In this document: one piece after another, positions 51,920 through 64,000 of the stretch
How the letters are laid out: each line of letters begins with the position of its first letter
How positions within the stretch are numbered: the stretch's first letter is position 1
NCBI GenBank assembly: GCA_963514005.1
Contig: OY740785.1
Location: 106,516,001-106,580,000, forward strand
From: Raja brachyura
Lineage: Eukaryota
DNA: 64,000 nucleotides
Reading direction: 5' to 3'
Position numbers and translations under genes: made by a program
The notes under the pieces: generated by a model
Told to the model about the DNA's origin: nothing
What the model saw: only the letters and a program-made list of their open reading frames with translations
The model's database searches: none

Positions 51920-53562
51920 CAGTGCCCTCCATAATGTTTGGGACTGACCCATCATTTATTTATTTGTCTCTGTTCGCCACAATTTGAGAATTATAATAGA
52001 AAAAAAATTGCATGTGGTTAAAGTGCACGTTGTCAAATTATAATAAAGGCTATTTTTATACGTTATGGCTTCACCATGCAGAAATTACAGCAGTGTTTAT
52101 ACATAGTCTCCCCATTTCAGGGCACCATAATGTTTGGGACACAGCAATGTCATATAAATAAAAGTAGTCATGTTTAGTATTTTGTTGCATATCCTTTGCA
52201 TGCAAGAAAACTTGAAGTCTGCGACTCATGGACATATTCAGTTGCTGGGTGTCTTCTCTGGTGATGCTCTGTCAGGCCTATATTGCAGCCATCTTTAGCT
52301 TATGCTTGTTTTGGGGGCTAGTCTCCTTCAGTTTTCTCTTCAGCATATAAAAGGCATGCTCAATTGGGTTCAGATCAGGTGATTGACTTGGCCACTCAAG
52401 AATTTACCATTTTTCAGCTTAGAAAAACTCCTTTGTTGCTTTAGCAGTATGTTTGGGACCATTGTTTTGCTGTAGAATGAACTGCCGGCCAATGAGTTTT
52501 GAGGCATTTGTTTGAACTTGAGCAGATAAGATGTGTGTATACATTTCAGAATTCATTATGCTACTACCATCAGCAGTTGTATCATCAAATGATAAGTGAG
52601 CCAGTACCTTCAGCAGCCAAAATGCGCAGGCCATAACACCCCCACCACCGTTTCACAGATGAGGTGGTATGCTTTGGATCTTGGGCAGTTTCTTGTCTCC
52701 TCCATACTTTGCTCTTGCCATCACTCTGATATGTTAATCTTCGTCTCATCTGTACACAAGACCTTTTTCCAGAACTGTAGTTGCTCTTTTAAGTACTTCT
52801 TGGCAAACTGTAACCTGGCCATCCTCTTTTTGCAGCTAACCAGTGGTTTGCATCTTTACAGTGTAGCCTCTGTATTTCTGTTCATGAAGTCTTCTGCGGA
52901 CAGTGGTCATTGACAAATCTACACCTGATTACTGAAGAGTGTTTCTGATCTGTCAGATAGGTGTTTCGGAATGTTTCTTTATTATAGAGAGAATTCTTCT
53001 GTCATCAGCTGTGGATGTCTTCCATGGCCTGCCAGTCCGTTTGTGATTAGTAAGCTCACCAGTGCTCTCTTTCTTCTTAATGATGTTCCAAACAGTTGAT
53101 TTTGGTAAGCCTAAGGTTTGGCTGATGTCTCTAACAGTTTTATTCTTGTTTCTCAAACTCATAATGGCTTATTTGACTTTCATTGGCACAACTTTAGTCT
53201 TTGTTGATAAACAGCAATAAAATTTTCCAAAGGTGATGGAAAGACTGGAGGAAAGACTAGATGCTGAGAGCACTCTTGTACCTGCATTGAGAAGGCAATT
53301 AAACACAGCTGAGCAATTCCAAACACCTGTGAAGCCACGTGTCCCAAACATTATGGTGCCCTGAAATGGGGGGACTATGTATAAACACAGCTGTAATTTC
53401 TACATGGTGAAACCAAAATGTATAAAAATACCCTTTAATAAAATCTGATAATGTGCACTTTAACCACATGTGATTTTTTTCTATTACCAATCTCAAATTT
53501 TGGAGCACAGAGGCAAATAAATAACTGATGAGTCTTTGTCCCAAACATTATGGAGGGCACTG
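51920..53562 (-). mobile_element. Full-length Tc1 transposon (IR/DR type), decayed transposase, inserted into an older SINE
   Basis: ~220-bp TIRs starting CAGTGCCCTCCATAATGTTTGGGAC with inner DRs, TA TSD; HTH GLPKSTVWNIIKK, TGRP, QQNNGPKHT, WPSQSPDLNPIE. Confidence 0.95.
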
Positions 53563-55229
53563 TATGCCGATCATAATTAACCTCACCTCCAGGTTAGTCT
53601 TTGGCATGTGGGTGTAAACCAGAACACCTGGGGGAAGCGCACAAATTCATTGGAAAAATGTTGAAACTGCAAACAGAGTGGATGCACCCAAAGCTGAGTC
53701 ACTAGCGGTGTGAAATGGTTATGTTATTGACAATGCCATTAAACTACTTCTGAATTTGCCTATCAACTGAACAGGGAAACTGCAAGCAGCCTGACCACAC
53801 TGACTGCTGTATTTTTATATTTAGATCCTGAAAGAATAATGATCAACTTTTAACACAGTTTCAGCGAGTAAATCCAGAATCAAGTAATGGACAATTTGTT
53901 AAAATGCCAGCCAGGATCTAAAACAAATCAAATCTCAATTATCTTCAATGAGAATATAGATCATAATGCACAAGTATAACCATGGTTTTGGAAGGTAAAT
54001 TCCAGTATTAGAAATTTAAGATGATAGATTAAATTACAGATTATACCTTACTTTGAAAAGTAGATTTGTATATGTTTACTAGATATCAGAATCCCAAAAT
54101 TAGACACCATTTAGAGCTTATTAAATGTCATCCAATGCTGCAAATAAGTGAATTTAAGATAGAAATGTTATGAATTATTAAATCCTTAATTATATTAAAT
54201 ATTTGATGGTAGTCTAAATGAAATAAAAAGGCTTATACAATTAGTGGGAATAGGTTACAGGGACGTTTACATTTTTATATTCAACAATTTCATATTTTGG
54301 AGGTTCATAAAATCAGGCAAAGCTACATATCAGTAGGTGTGGGATAAAGCTAATAAAAATACACTGTGATTATTACTTGACTGTGATATTCTTGGTGGAC
54401 AGTTCAGTAGTGGTTCGAAGTGAAAGCATGCATGAATGTAAAGTTCAATTCTGCACAAAAGGCGTGAGATCTTGGCTAATGCTACCAGAAGTGCTGTCAT
54501 TACGCCACTAAATGGAAGCAAATTCAGCAACAGACACACAATTCCAAATCTGTCATTTGCTTCCAAATAGAAAGCAAACAACAGATTTGGAATCCTGGGT
54601 ATGTCCGTGAATCCACTCCGAGACTCCAGAAGGAGTTTGGAAGCTTTCCAAATATTTACATATGGGGAAAATCACCTCTCAGATGTTGAGCTAGGCCGTG
54701 AGGCAATTCTTCAGGATCTGAGATCCCATGGATTTCAAGGACTGTGAAAGATGCAAAGTCAGGTTTTTATTAAAAACAGAATCCATTTAATGTTTTTAAT
54801 CATTTATAATTTTGAGGATACTTAAATATCTTCTCAATGTTTTTTTTAATGCATCGGTTTAGTTAATTTAAATATTTTTTAATATCTGAATTCAAATTGT
54901 CAGATGATCATTATATATTTTACAGCTGGCAAAAATGGGGTGTAGTTTTGCAGCTGTTCAAACTGGCAGATGCATTTTTGGGTTATTTATTCTCAATATA
55001 CATAAACTCAACAACTGCTCAGGACACATTGGAGGCCAAGAGGCTTTGGATCAGAGACCTCATCAAGCCAGGCTAGTAGAGCAACATGGTGAATGTAGGA
55101 AGGAATTCCAAGTGACAGATTCTTTAAAAACTTAATGAATAGATATGATTTACAACTCTAAATTAGTATAAATTAAGCACATTCTAAATTTAGTAAAGAG
55201 TATTATCCATTAATTAAATTGTATGCTGG

Positions 55230-56070
55230 TTGAATTTAGGAAGTTCAAGAAATGTGGCAAGGATAGGAGAGAGTTACAAATCTGGCATCTGCAGTAGTAT
55301 AAGAGACAATGGAGATGGTCAGCAATAATTACAGCAGGATCTAGACCAGGGGTTCCCAACCTTTTTCGTCCCGTTTACCCCTGGCAACTTTAATAGCACA
55401 TAACAATGTTATTGCACTTATTTATGAACAACTAATGATGAACTGATGCCAGTATACCAGAACCAAACACAGTCAGTCAATGAGAGAAAATAATGACAAA
55501 TCCAGAATCATCAAATTTACTCCCTGGGTAGGCGAAAATTACACCCAGGGAGTAAATTTATCCCAGGTTGGAAACCATTGATCAAGAGGAATAGATAATG
55601 GAGCTTTCTTCAGATAATTAAGGTGTTACATTTTGGGAAATCAATTCTGGGCAGAAACCACAGTTAACGTTAGGGCCCTGGGGAATGTTGTAGAGCAGAG
55701 GGTCTAGGAGTAAAAGTACATAGTTCCATGAAAGTGGCATCACAGGTAAATAGTGTGAAGATGTTTGGCACACTGGCCTCATCAGTCAGGGAATTGAGTA
55801 TCAGTTGAGAAGTTATGTTGTACAAGACTTTCGTGAGGAAGCGCTTACAGTATTGTGTTCAGTTTTGGTCACGCTGGAAAGGGTCATAGGAAAAATGCCA
55901 TTTTGCCGGAAAGAGTTCAGAGAAAATTTAGGAGGACGTTTTCAGGATTCAAAAGCCCAAGTTGCAAAGAGAGGTGGGGCAGGCGAGGTCTTTATTCCTT
56001 GGAATGCAGGAAGCCAAAGGGTGATCTTGCAGAGGTGTATAAAGTAATGAAGGGAATAGAGAGGGTGAAT
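55230..56070 (+). mobile_element. Decayed CR1 fragment interrupted by a hAT MITE
   Basis: LQQDL|...VLHFGKSI, YCVQFWS, LYSLECRKPKGDLAEVYKVMKGIE. Confidence 0.75.
55347..55580. mobile_element. hAT (Charlie-like) MITE
   Basis: TIR CAGGGGTTCCCAACCT / AGGTTGGAAACCATTG; 8-bp TSD-like ATCTAGAC/ATCAAGAG. Confidence 0.7.
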
Positions 56071-56814
56071 GCACCTTGTTGTCCTTGGCATACATACATT
56101 GTGGAGGATTGCATGAACATGGCTGTGACAGAAAATTGGCTGACAGATAATGCTATCTGCAACCTAAATGATACCTCCATTCTGACTTTTCCTTCCACTA
56201 CTTTTCTGTATAGATCTCAGACCACTATTAACCTTGCTCATGCATCAATAATTCCATTGTCTCAACCATAGATCATTACCATCTTTGAATATTTCCTTAT
56301 ATTGATTCCTCTTTCTCAAAGCCACTGTTATTATCAGAGAAGTAATCTGCCCTTCCTCATGCAACTTGGTTACCTCCAACTCCTCTCCGTCAACATTCAG
56401 CAGGGTGGAACTATGCCAATCTGGGTCAATTCTCACACCTTAGAATTCCTCTGCAGGCTTCTCGTCTAATGTTCACAACATTATTGCTGGTGCCATCCAA
56501 GAATTCATCATTGCTCCTTCCTTGATTTTGTTAACGACAGGCTTCCCTGTGGCATCCATCGTCTAAAAACAACTTGCCAACATTTTCTACAACTATATGT
56601 ACAAACTCAAACTAAACATCTTTTGTCACTAGCCACATCCTTTTTTGCTCTCCTTAACAATTGTGCAAAAACAGAATCAGACTGTTAGCAACCCAAGTCA
56701 TAGTTGACCATGAGATAAACAACAGGTTTTCTTTTACTAACTTCTCTGTAAAATAACTTGACATAGTTTGCTATGCTTTAATCACTGTATAAGTAACACC
56801 ATTGTTGAATCTAA

Positions 56815-56996
56815 AGGACCTGTCCCACTTGGGCGTCATTTGCGTATCACGCAGGTGGCGAGCAAAGATTTTGTGAGTCCCAAAATCCTGGGGACCACGT
56901 GTCACTGCCTACGCCACCACACCTCACCTTGCGCCACGACGCGTAAATGAATTCGCGTAAATTACGCACAAATGACGCCCAAATGGGACAGGCCCT
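56815..56996. mobile_element. Harbinger-like MITE (182 bp), 51 bp from an LMBRD1 splice donor
   Basis: TIR AGG(A/G)CCTGTCCCA(C/T)TTGGGCGTCATTTG with TAA TSD on both sides. Confidence 0.85.
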
Positions 56997-57047
56997 TAAC
57001 ATTTCACCTAAACTGAATTCACTGTTGATGACTCAGTAAGTACTTAC

Positions 57048-57121
57048 TGTGTACGTTATAACTGCTAGCATCCCAATCAAGGTCAATGTGCTTATGGAGA
57101 AAGACAAGGCAGCCAAACCAT
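57048..57121 (-). CDS. LMBRD1: LMBRD1 internal exon (equivalent to human exon 7), 74 bp
   Basis: Minus strand reads ttcacAG|AT GGT TTG GCT GCC...TAC ACA|GTaagt = (x)GLAALSFSISTLTLIGMLAVITYT, matching the LMBRD1 transmembrane segment; canonical splice sites. Confidence 0.93.
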
Positions 57122-58439
57122 CTGTGAACAAAAAATTAAAGTACCAACTTTATTAGCAGCAGCTCATTTCTTGGTGAGATCAGCAAGTAACAAGTTAAAA
57201 TGTACAGCGCTTTAATAAGTAATATGGGAAAGGTAAGGAAAGGTAAACTGGCTTTAACATTGACCCACATTTCGTGAGCAATAGAAGCACAGGGCTGAAA
57301 ATCTAAAACAGTTCTGACAAAGAGTTTGGGACCCAAAACAATAAATGCTACTCTTTCCACAGATGGCATCTGACCAACTGGTCCTAACTTGAAAAGTTGC
57401 TCATTAAAAACTATGAAATAATGCAACATTAAAAACACATTCAACAAGGCTTCTGTGTATTTTAGAATAAGAATAGTGTAAGTTGTTGGATTTTGAAAGT
57501 GTCGTGCATCCACTGCAAAATCTACAAAAATGTACCATTTGGGAAGTAAGGAACCATGATCTCTGCTTCTGCTGTGTGGAGTTTGCATGTTCTTCCTATG
57601 ATCGTGTGTTTCCACTACATGCACTGGTTTGCTCTCACATCCCAATGTTGTGCAATTGATGGCTAACTTAAGATGGATTTTATGGGAATGTGGTGGATAA
57701 AATAGGGTTAGTAGGATTAGTGTGGAGGGCGCATGATGATTAGCATGGTCTTTGTGGGCAAAAGACGTGTTTCTACATGATCATTAACAGCAATTTTTGA
57801 TTTTCAGGTAGGCTGCACAAATGAATGAAGTTGTTGTTGATTTTTCAAAGAAGGTGATATGCACAATTTCATCACAATTAAATTTGCAAATTCGATACAA
57901 CTGAACTAAAAATCTTGAGAACATTAAGGTTAAACCATTTTGATTGTATTTTTTTTAAATAGGGAAAGAAACAGTAGCAGTCCATTATAAAATGAAAAAT
58001 AAGCTGTAGTATTAATATTTATTAATATTTAAAAAAGGCTGTAGTATTAATATTTATGCACCAAGTAAAACATTATGGTATCAATTGCATATCCATGCAA
58101 CTTGATTGAGACAGTAAATCATCTGCAGGTAGATTTTAAGCAATCGTCAAAGATCAGATTGCACTTCCAAAATAGAAAATGGGACACAAAACTCTTGAAA
58201 TAAGGTCATGCAATAAATCTGGTTATATTAATAGTACGATAAATCAGTCGTAACCTTTTTTTACTCCTCACTGAAATATAGATTTCTACATTTGGTTAAT
58301 CACTTTGCTTAATTGTGATTCTCTTCCATAATACATTGGGCCCAAGACTGCTCTTCACCTTCTCACTCATTTCAACAAGCCTTCTGTATCTTACATCAGA
58401 CTCAATGACGGTTTATGCCAAAGCATTACTTCACCTATA

Positions 58440-58655
58440 GATAGACACAAAAAGCTGGAGTAACTCAGTGGGACAGGCAGCATCTCTGGAGAGAAGGAAT
58501 GGGTGACGTTTCGGGTCGAGACCCTTCTTCTGTCTGAAGAATCTATATTCGTCATCCATTCCTTCTCTCCAGAGATGCTGCCTGTTATGCTGAGATACTC
58601 CAGCTTTTTGAGTCGATCTTCGGTTTAATCCAGCATTTGCAGTTCCTTCCCACAC
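58440..58655. repeat. Penelope-derived inverted-tail repeat
   Basis: AAAAAGCTGGAGTAACTCAG...GACGTTTCGGGTCGAGACCC...CTCCAGCTTTTT. Confidence 0.75.
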
Positions 58656-59024
58656 ATGACTTTATCTATATTGAATATAGATTCAGCAGAGATGTTTAAT
58701 GTTTTAAAGATTAAACAAGTCTTATTCATCAGTGCTCCTGTTTATCAGTCCTCATACGTATTCAGTAAGCATGCAATAATCACCAGGCACAATCACTAGT
58801 CAATTAGCATTGATTTTTAAATACTAAATCCAGTACAATATCTACACTTTCATGTTGTATTGGGAAATTACTACAGATTATATTTTCTTTTGGACTTCCG
58901 AGTTTTGACCTTTATACCTCTAAATTAAATCCACTGTTTATGAAATAATTACTAATACCATACAATCCTATCATAACAGCAGGGAGATGATTGCATTTAA
59001 TGTATATTTAAAAATAGACAGTAG

Positions 59025-59370
59025 CTGTAGTGTGCAGTTCCAGTTGCCAAAAATGTGATTTCTCTGAAGAGGGTCCAGAAGAGATGCGCCAGGATGTTGC
59101 TGGTTTGGAGTATTTCAACCATGTAGACAAACGATAAACACAGTCCGTTTTCTTTGGAAAGGAGGTTGGGGAGCAGAGAGTGACCCGACTGAGGTTTGTA
59201 AAGTTATGGAGGGCATAAAGAAGGTAGATAATAAAAAATACTTCCTCCACGCAAAGATGTCAATAACAGAGGATTAAGTGGCAAGAGATTTAAAAGGGAT
59301 TTGAGAAATAATTTTTTTATCCATATGATTAAAATCTGGAATACTGTGGGGATAGTGGATAGCGTATTAT
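59025..59370 (+). mobile_element. Old CR1 fragment
   Basis: CVQFQLP, RVQKRCARMLLGLE, EVCKVMEGI remnants. Confidence 0.6.
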
Positions 59371-60099
59371 TAGTAAGTAATAAAGACAATGTTATGACAG
59401 TTCGGGTAATGGGAATTCGCCCTTACAGAATTCACAAATCATAAGCAAAATATTGGAATTTTGGAGTACAGAATTAAAATTAGACCTTACAAAATGTATA
59501 TGAACAAAAATAAATGAACAAACGCAAAATGTGCTTTTGTTTCAACCCTTATTTCTTGATACATGCGCAGAATAGATCGCTTCACAATAAGGAAATAAAT
59601 TATGCAAACTGAATCCTTGGAATGAAGCCCGGACCTCTCCTCCTCCAACGTAACGTGGGGCAGCATGCATGTAGATGGACCCATGAAACATCAAGGCATC
59701 AAAAGCTACAGTGTGCTGGTACTGCTAATAATGTCATAAATAGATGGACATATGTCAGCTTTGGATAAAACAAAGAATAATCCCAAGAGATTCAACAAGT
59801 AGGCAGACATTCATCAAGCAAAGGAGGAGCTGCATGGTGTGGTCAAACACCAGATTGTGTACCCCAATGCCTTTCCTGTCCTGTTACAGCCCGGGACCTC
59901 AAAACCAGATGGAGGAAATCACTCCCTAACAACGCCCAGCACATGTCCTGCAGCACCAGAGGATCAGATACTCTTGACCACTGCTATTCTAACATCGTTG
60001 ATGCCTGTCGCACAATCGCCTGTTGCCCTCACTTTGCGAATTCAGAATACTTGGCTGTGTTTCCTCTTCCTGTGTATAGGTAGTGACTGAAGAGTGCAA

Positions 60100-62878
60100 T
60101 CCCAGTGCGGTGAGGACTGCACAGAGCTGGTTGGGTGGGTGGCTGAGGCAACTGTATTCACAGAACTAGATGCCAAGAGTTAATTCTGGCAGATTTCGCT
60201 GGAACACAACTCCTCCAAGTTAACCACTTTCAGCACTCCGTCCGGGCGTTACAGATTTCTTCGCATGCCTTTTGGCATAAGCTCTGTTTCAACAATTCAA
60301 CAAGCTATGGAGCAGTCATTTGCAGGCTACCCATGCTCCATTGTACGTCCTCGTTGCGGGACGAACTGTCGAAGAACACGATGCTAATCTGACAAAGGTC
60401 CTGGATTGCGCCAAGGCCATCAACCTCAAGCTGAACCCTCAAAATTGCAAATTCAGGGTAAGTGAGGTGAAATACGTAGGCCATGTATTCACGAAGGACG
60501 ACCTAAAAATTGATCCGGCGAAAACCAGTGCTATCAACGAGCACCCAGCACCCACAGACGTGCTCAGTTTGCAGAAATTCCTTGGCATGGTTAACTACTT
60601 GAGCAAATTTATTCCAGACTTCAGCGAAATATCAGCCCCGTTGCCCCAGCTTACACACAAAGATACTGTTTGGACCTGGCACGAGCAACTGCAGAGGGCG
60701 TTCGACACGCTTAAGCAGCAGATGTCTTTTGTTCCTACTCGCGCTTACTTTGATCCTAAACGACTGGTCACACTGACTTGTGCCGCTTCACAATACGGGC
60801 TAGGCGCAGCATGTCTTCAAAATGACGGCACAAATAAGCCTGTTGCCTATGCCTCGCTCACTATGACTGACACAGAAGAACGATATACCCAAATTGAGAA
60901 AGAGCTGTTGCCCGTTGTTTTCGCTTGCAAGAAATTTAACAACTTTATCTTCGGACATACGGTCATGATTGAAACTGACCACCAACCTCTGATCAGCATC
61001 TTCAACAAACCGATTCATGCCCCTCCAGCCCGCCTACAGTGTATGTTGCTGCAACTTCAAAAATATGACATTGTGCTGATCTATAAACGTGGTAAGGATA
61101 TCTACCTGGCTGACACTCTCGCGTGCACCCCAGAAGACCTGTGAGGATCCGCCCTCGCCGGATGATAACTTTGTCGTAATGACTGTCTTTTATTCCCTCG
61201 TCCTGTATGGAGGATTTGGTTGCTCACACTGCTGCTGACAGTATTTTACGGTCGCTCGCCTCCGTCATTAAGCGCGGCTGGCCAGACAAACACTACAACG
61301 TTCTGCTGCCAGTTCGGTCTTTCTTTGCTGTCCGAGATGAGCTAGTGCTGCAGGATGGCATTATTGTAAAAGGACACAAGGCTGTGCTCCCTGCTTCGCT
61401 GCACAGCAAGTATTTTACAAGTGCTGTCCACACAGGGTACCCAGGCGCTGAAGCTACCGTCCTATGGGCAAGAAACATGTTTTACTGGCCTGGCATGGCC
61501 GAATACATCACCGAGAATGTGGCGTCCTATGCAGTGTGCAACAGCTTGGTACCTCACCAACAAAAGTAACCACTTCTTTCATATCCGGTTGCTGCACTAC
61601 TGTGGTCTACAGTGGCAACTGACATATTTGAGTGGCATGGCAAGCAGTACCTGGTACTTGTTGATTCGTCTTCAGGATGGTCTGACATTGATTTTCTCAG
61701 CAGCCCAACTTCTCGCGGGGTGGTTTCGAAGCTTGCTCACCATTTTATCAGTTCACGGAGCTCCGAGCATACTGTTATCTGATAACGGCAGTCAATTTAC
61801 CTGCCAACACTTCAATGCATTTGCTGCACGCTGGAATTTTCGCCACAATACCAGCAGCCCTGAATATCCACAGTCGAATGGACTAGCTGAGCGGCTGTCA
61901 AGAGTGCCAAACAGCTCATGGAACATTCGTACAGAGCTAATTCCGACGTGTTCCTGGATCTACACAACTTACGCAACATCTCCGGTGACCCCATTTTGGG
62001 TTCACCTGCTCAATGTTTATTGTCGAGGAAAACCCGAGCCACGGTGCCTGTGGCGGATCAGGCATTGATCCCACAGGTGGTTCCACCATCGGAAGTCCAG
62101 GTTGCAAAAAAACGTGACATTCAAAAACAGTGGTATGACAAAACGAGTAGGCCGCTGCCTCCATTAACCAAGGGGCAGGTGGTTCGTTCGCAGACTGACA
62201 AAGGCCATGACCATATCAGTGTAATATCAGGAACTGCTTCTGAGCCACGCTCATATCTGGTCAGTGCCGATGGCAGCACCTACAGGCGTAACAGACAACA
62301 TATCCTGCCTGTGAATGAGCCAGCTCCACCACCGTACTATCCCGACCGTACAAGTGTACTTCCGTCCGTGTCCAGTGGCATTAATCTGCCTACACCTGCA
62401 CAACAACCCGCTTCTGCAACGGCTGCTTTGTCAGTGGCGACGCCCCCTCCGCCACGCCAGTCTCCTGTTCCATCACAGGGAAAGTAGGTTCAGTCTCCCT
62501 CACCTGTGAAGCCACCGATTCTGTCCCCAATGGGGAAAAACAGAGATGGGCTTTATCGCACATGTGCTGGTCGTGTTTGCAAGTCCGTGAAGTACCCGGG
62601 CTATGTTTAACTTTCCTCCAGCTTATTATCAATTGCTATGCATGCCTTATTTAGTTAATGGTTTTGTACTGACATTTAATTCTTTAAGAGGGAGGATGTA
62701 GATCTGTGACTCATGTTATGAGTCATACTTTGTAGCTACGCCCACTAGTTTAACAGAAAGCCTCCCTGCTTTTCTCTCTCACTTTTAGAGTAACGTGCTA
62801 AGATTAAGTTACCTATGCTGTAACGTTAATAAAGTCTTTGGATCTTAATCATGGTGTGTGACTTTGGTTATTCCAACA
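60100..62878 (+). mobile_element. 5'-truncated Gypsy retrotransposon (RT-RNaseH-IN, PPT, 3' LTR 62697-62878)
   Basis: ELDAKS..FWQI, FLRMPFG, FLGMVNYLSKF, AASQYGLGA, EKELL, ETDHQPL, SDNGSQF, QSNGLAER; PPT AAGAGGGAGGA then TGTAGA...CCAACA with AATAAA. Confidence 0.92.
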
Positions 62879-64000
62879 GTAGAAGCTCAACATTAGATAA
62901 ACCAAGAGGTCCGCAATCTTCTGAGGACCAGACCTTGGGTAGTTCCAACTTTCCAGTACCAGGTAAAACCTCAAGTTTTCATTCAAAATTCTATCCACAT
63001 CACCATTTCTACATATTCACTGAGAACAAATCTCTATGTGGTGTTCAATATTCTGTACACATTACATCTCAACTTCCCAATACTCTGATAATTTTGTTAT
63101 TATCATCGCACAAATGCCACAGAAACATAAAATATTTCAATCTCAGTCTCAAGACACAAATGGCAACTTACTCAAAATGTTATCTTTGCTTATAACCAGT
63201 TGTTCACTATCTTGCACTGCCATCATTTTTGTTCAAAATGACTTCCTGATGCTGTCTCCTGTGCATTAATTTAAAATGTACGTTGTTCCTCCATAACCTT
63301 GCTCCACCTTTAATCAACAGCCTTCCATTACTTCATATTCCAGACTATACTTTCGATCTTAGAATCTTATCACCTACTCCATTATTACTGTAGTCTCAAA
63401 TATTTTGCTCACATTCAAAGCCTTTTAAAACATCTTGCAATCCATATTTGACTCACCTTTACTGCCGCAAATTTTTTTTTTTTTTTTTAACAATAAACTA
63501 TACATCTAAAATTAGATGCTGTCTGACCTGCTGAGTTATTCCAGCGTTGTGTTTTTTTTTAACATTTAAAAAGCTCATTTCTTATCTCCCAGAAGTCTAA
63601 ACAACTTTGCAGCAATCAAGATCAAGAGACATTTATTGTCACATGTAGCAATTGGTACAGTGAAATTTGGGGTCACCATACTGCCGTACGAATAAAAAAG
63701 AACACATCACACGATAGACTTTACCTTCAAAATAAACTTTACTTTCAAAATATACATTTATTTTCAAAATATAGTTACTGTTGTAAAGGGGGGAAAAATA
63801 CAGATCAACTGATATTCTAAGTTCCTCAAATGGAAATGAAATAAATTCCTAGAAATCTGTTTTTGGTATTGCTTCATTATTGAAATGTGCACTGAGAAAC
63901 AGTGAAAAGCTTTGTTTGCATTCTATTCAGTCAAAACAGACCATATACGAGTACAATTGAGCCATACACAAGTACATGTCGTGCAAAGAGAAAAATATCA

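Noticed and set aside
63440-63490. Possible further LMBRD1 exon ending at a strong minus-strand donor (AAG|GTGAGT)
   Set aside because: The upstream sequence is a poly-A run and does not encode the expected AFVPL...ELGSSH peptide. The flanking LMBRD1 exons were not found in this window.

Overview
Eukaryotic genomic DNA from a vertebrate, most likely a cartilaginous fish such as a skate (inferred from abundant CR1 LINEs, tRNA-derived V/HE1-type SINEs and Penelope-derived palindromes). The window lies inside an LMBRD1 orthologue on the minus strand. Eight internal coding exons are recovered with GT-AG boundaries; their sizes mostly match human exons 7-14 as recalled. The 33.8-kb intron between the 74-bp and 126-bp exons holds a nested stack of elements. 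An Academ-type DNA transposon (transposase plus XPG-like nuclease, ~200-bp TIRs) is interrupted by a full-length ~11.8-kb epsilon/gamma-class endogenous retrovirus (LTR-PBS(Ser)-gag-pro-pol-env-PPT-LTR, LTRs about 3% diverged by eye). The provirus is in turn interrupted by a CpG-rich Harbinger-like MITE and two CR1 LINEs. The most notable feature is a 2H-phosphoesterase domain (HCT...HVT) between the protease and reverse transcriptase of the provirus, a candidate virion-packaged cyclic-nucleotide/2-5A phosphodiesterase. The rest is intronic sequence with CR1, L1, Gypsy, Tc1, hAT and Tc2 MITEs, solo LTRs, SINEs and Penelope tails carrying hammerhead-like cores. Most of the short ORFs in the supplied track are spurious.
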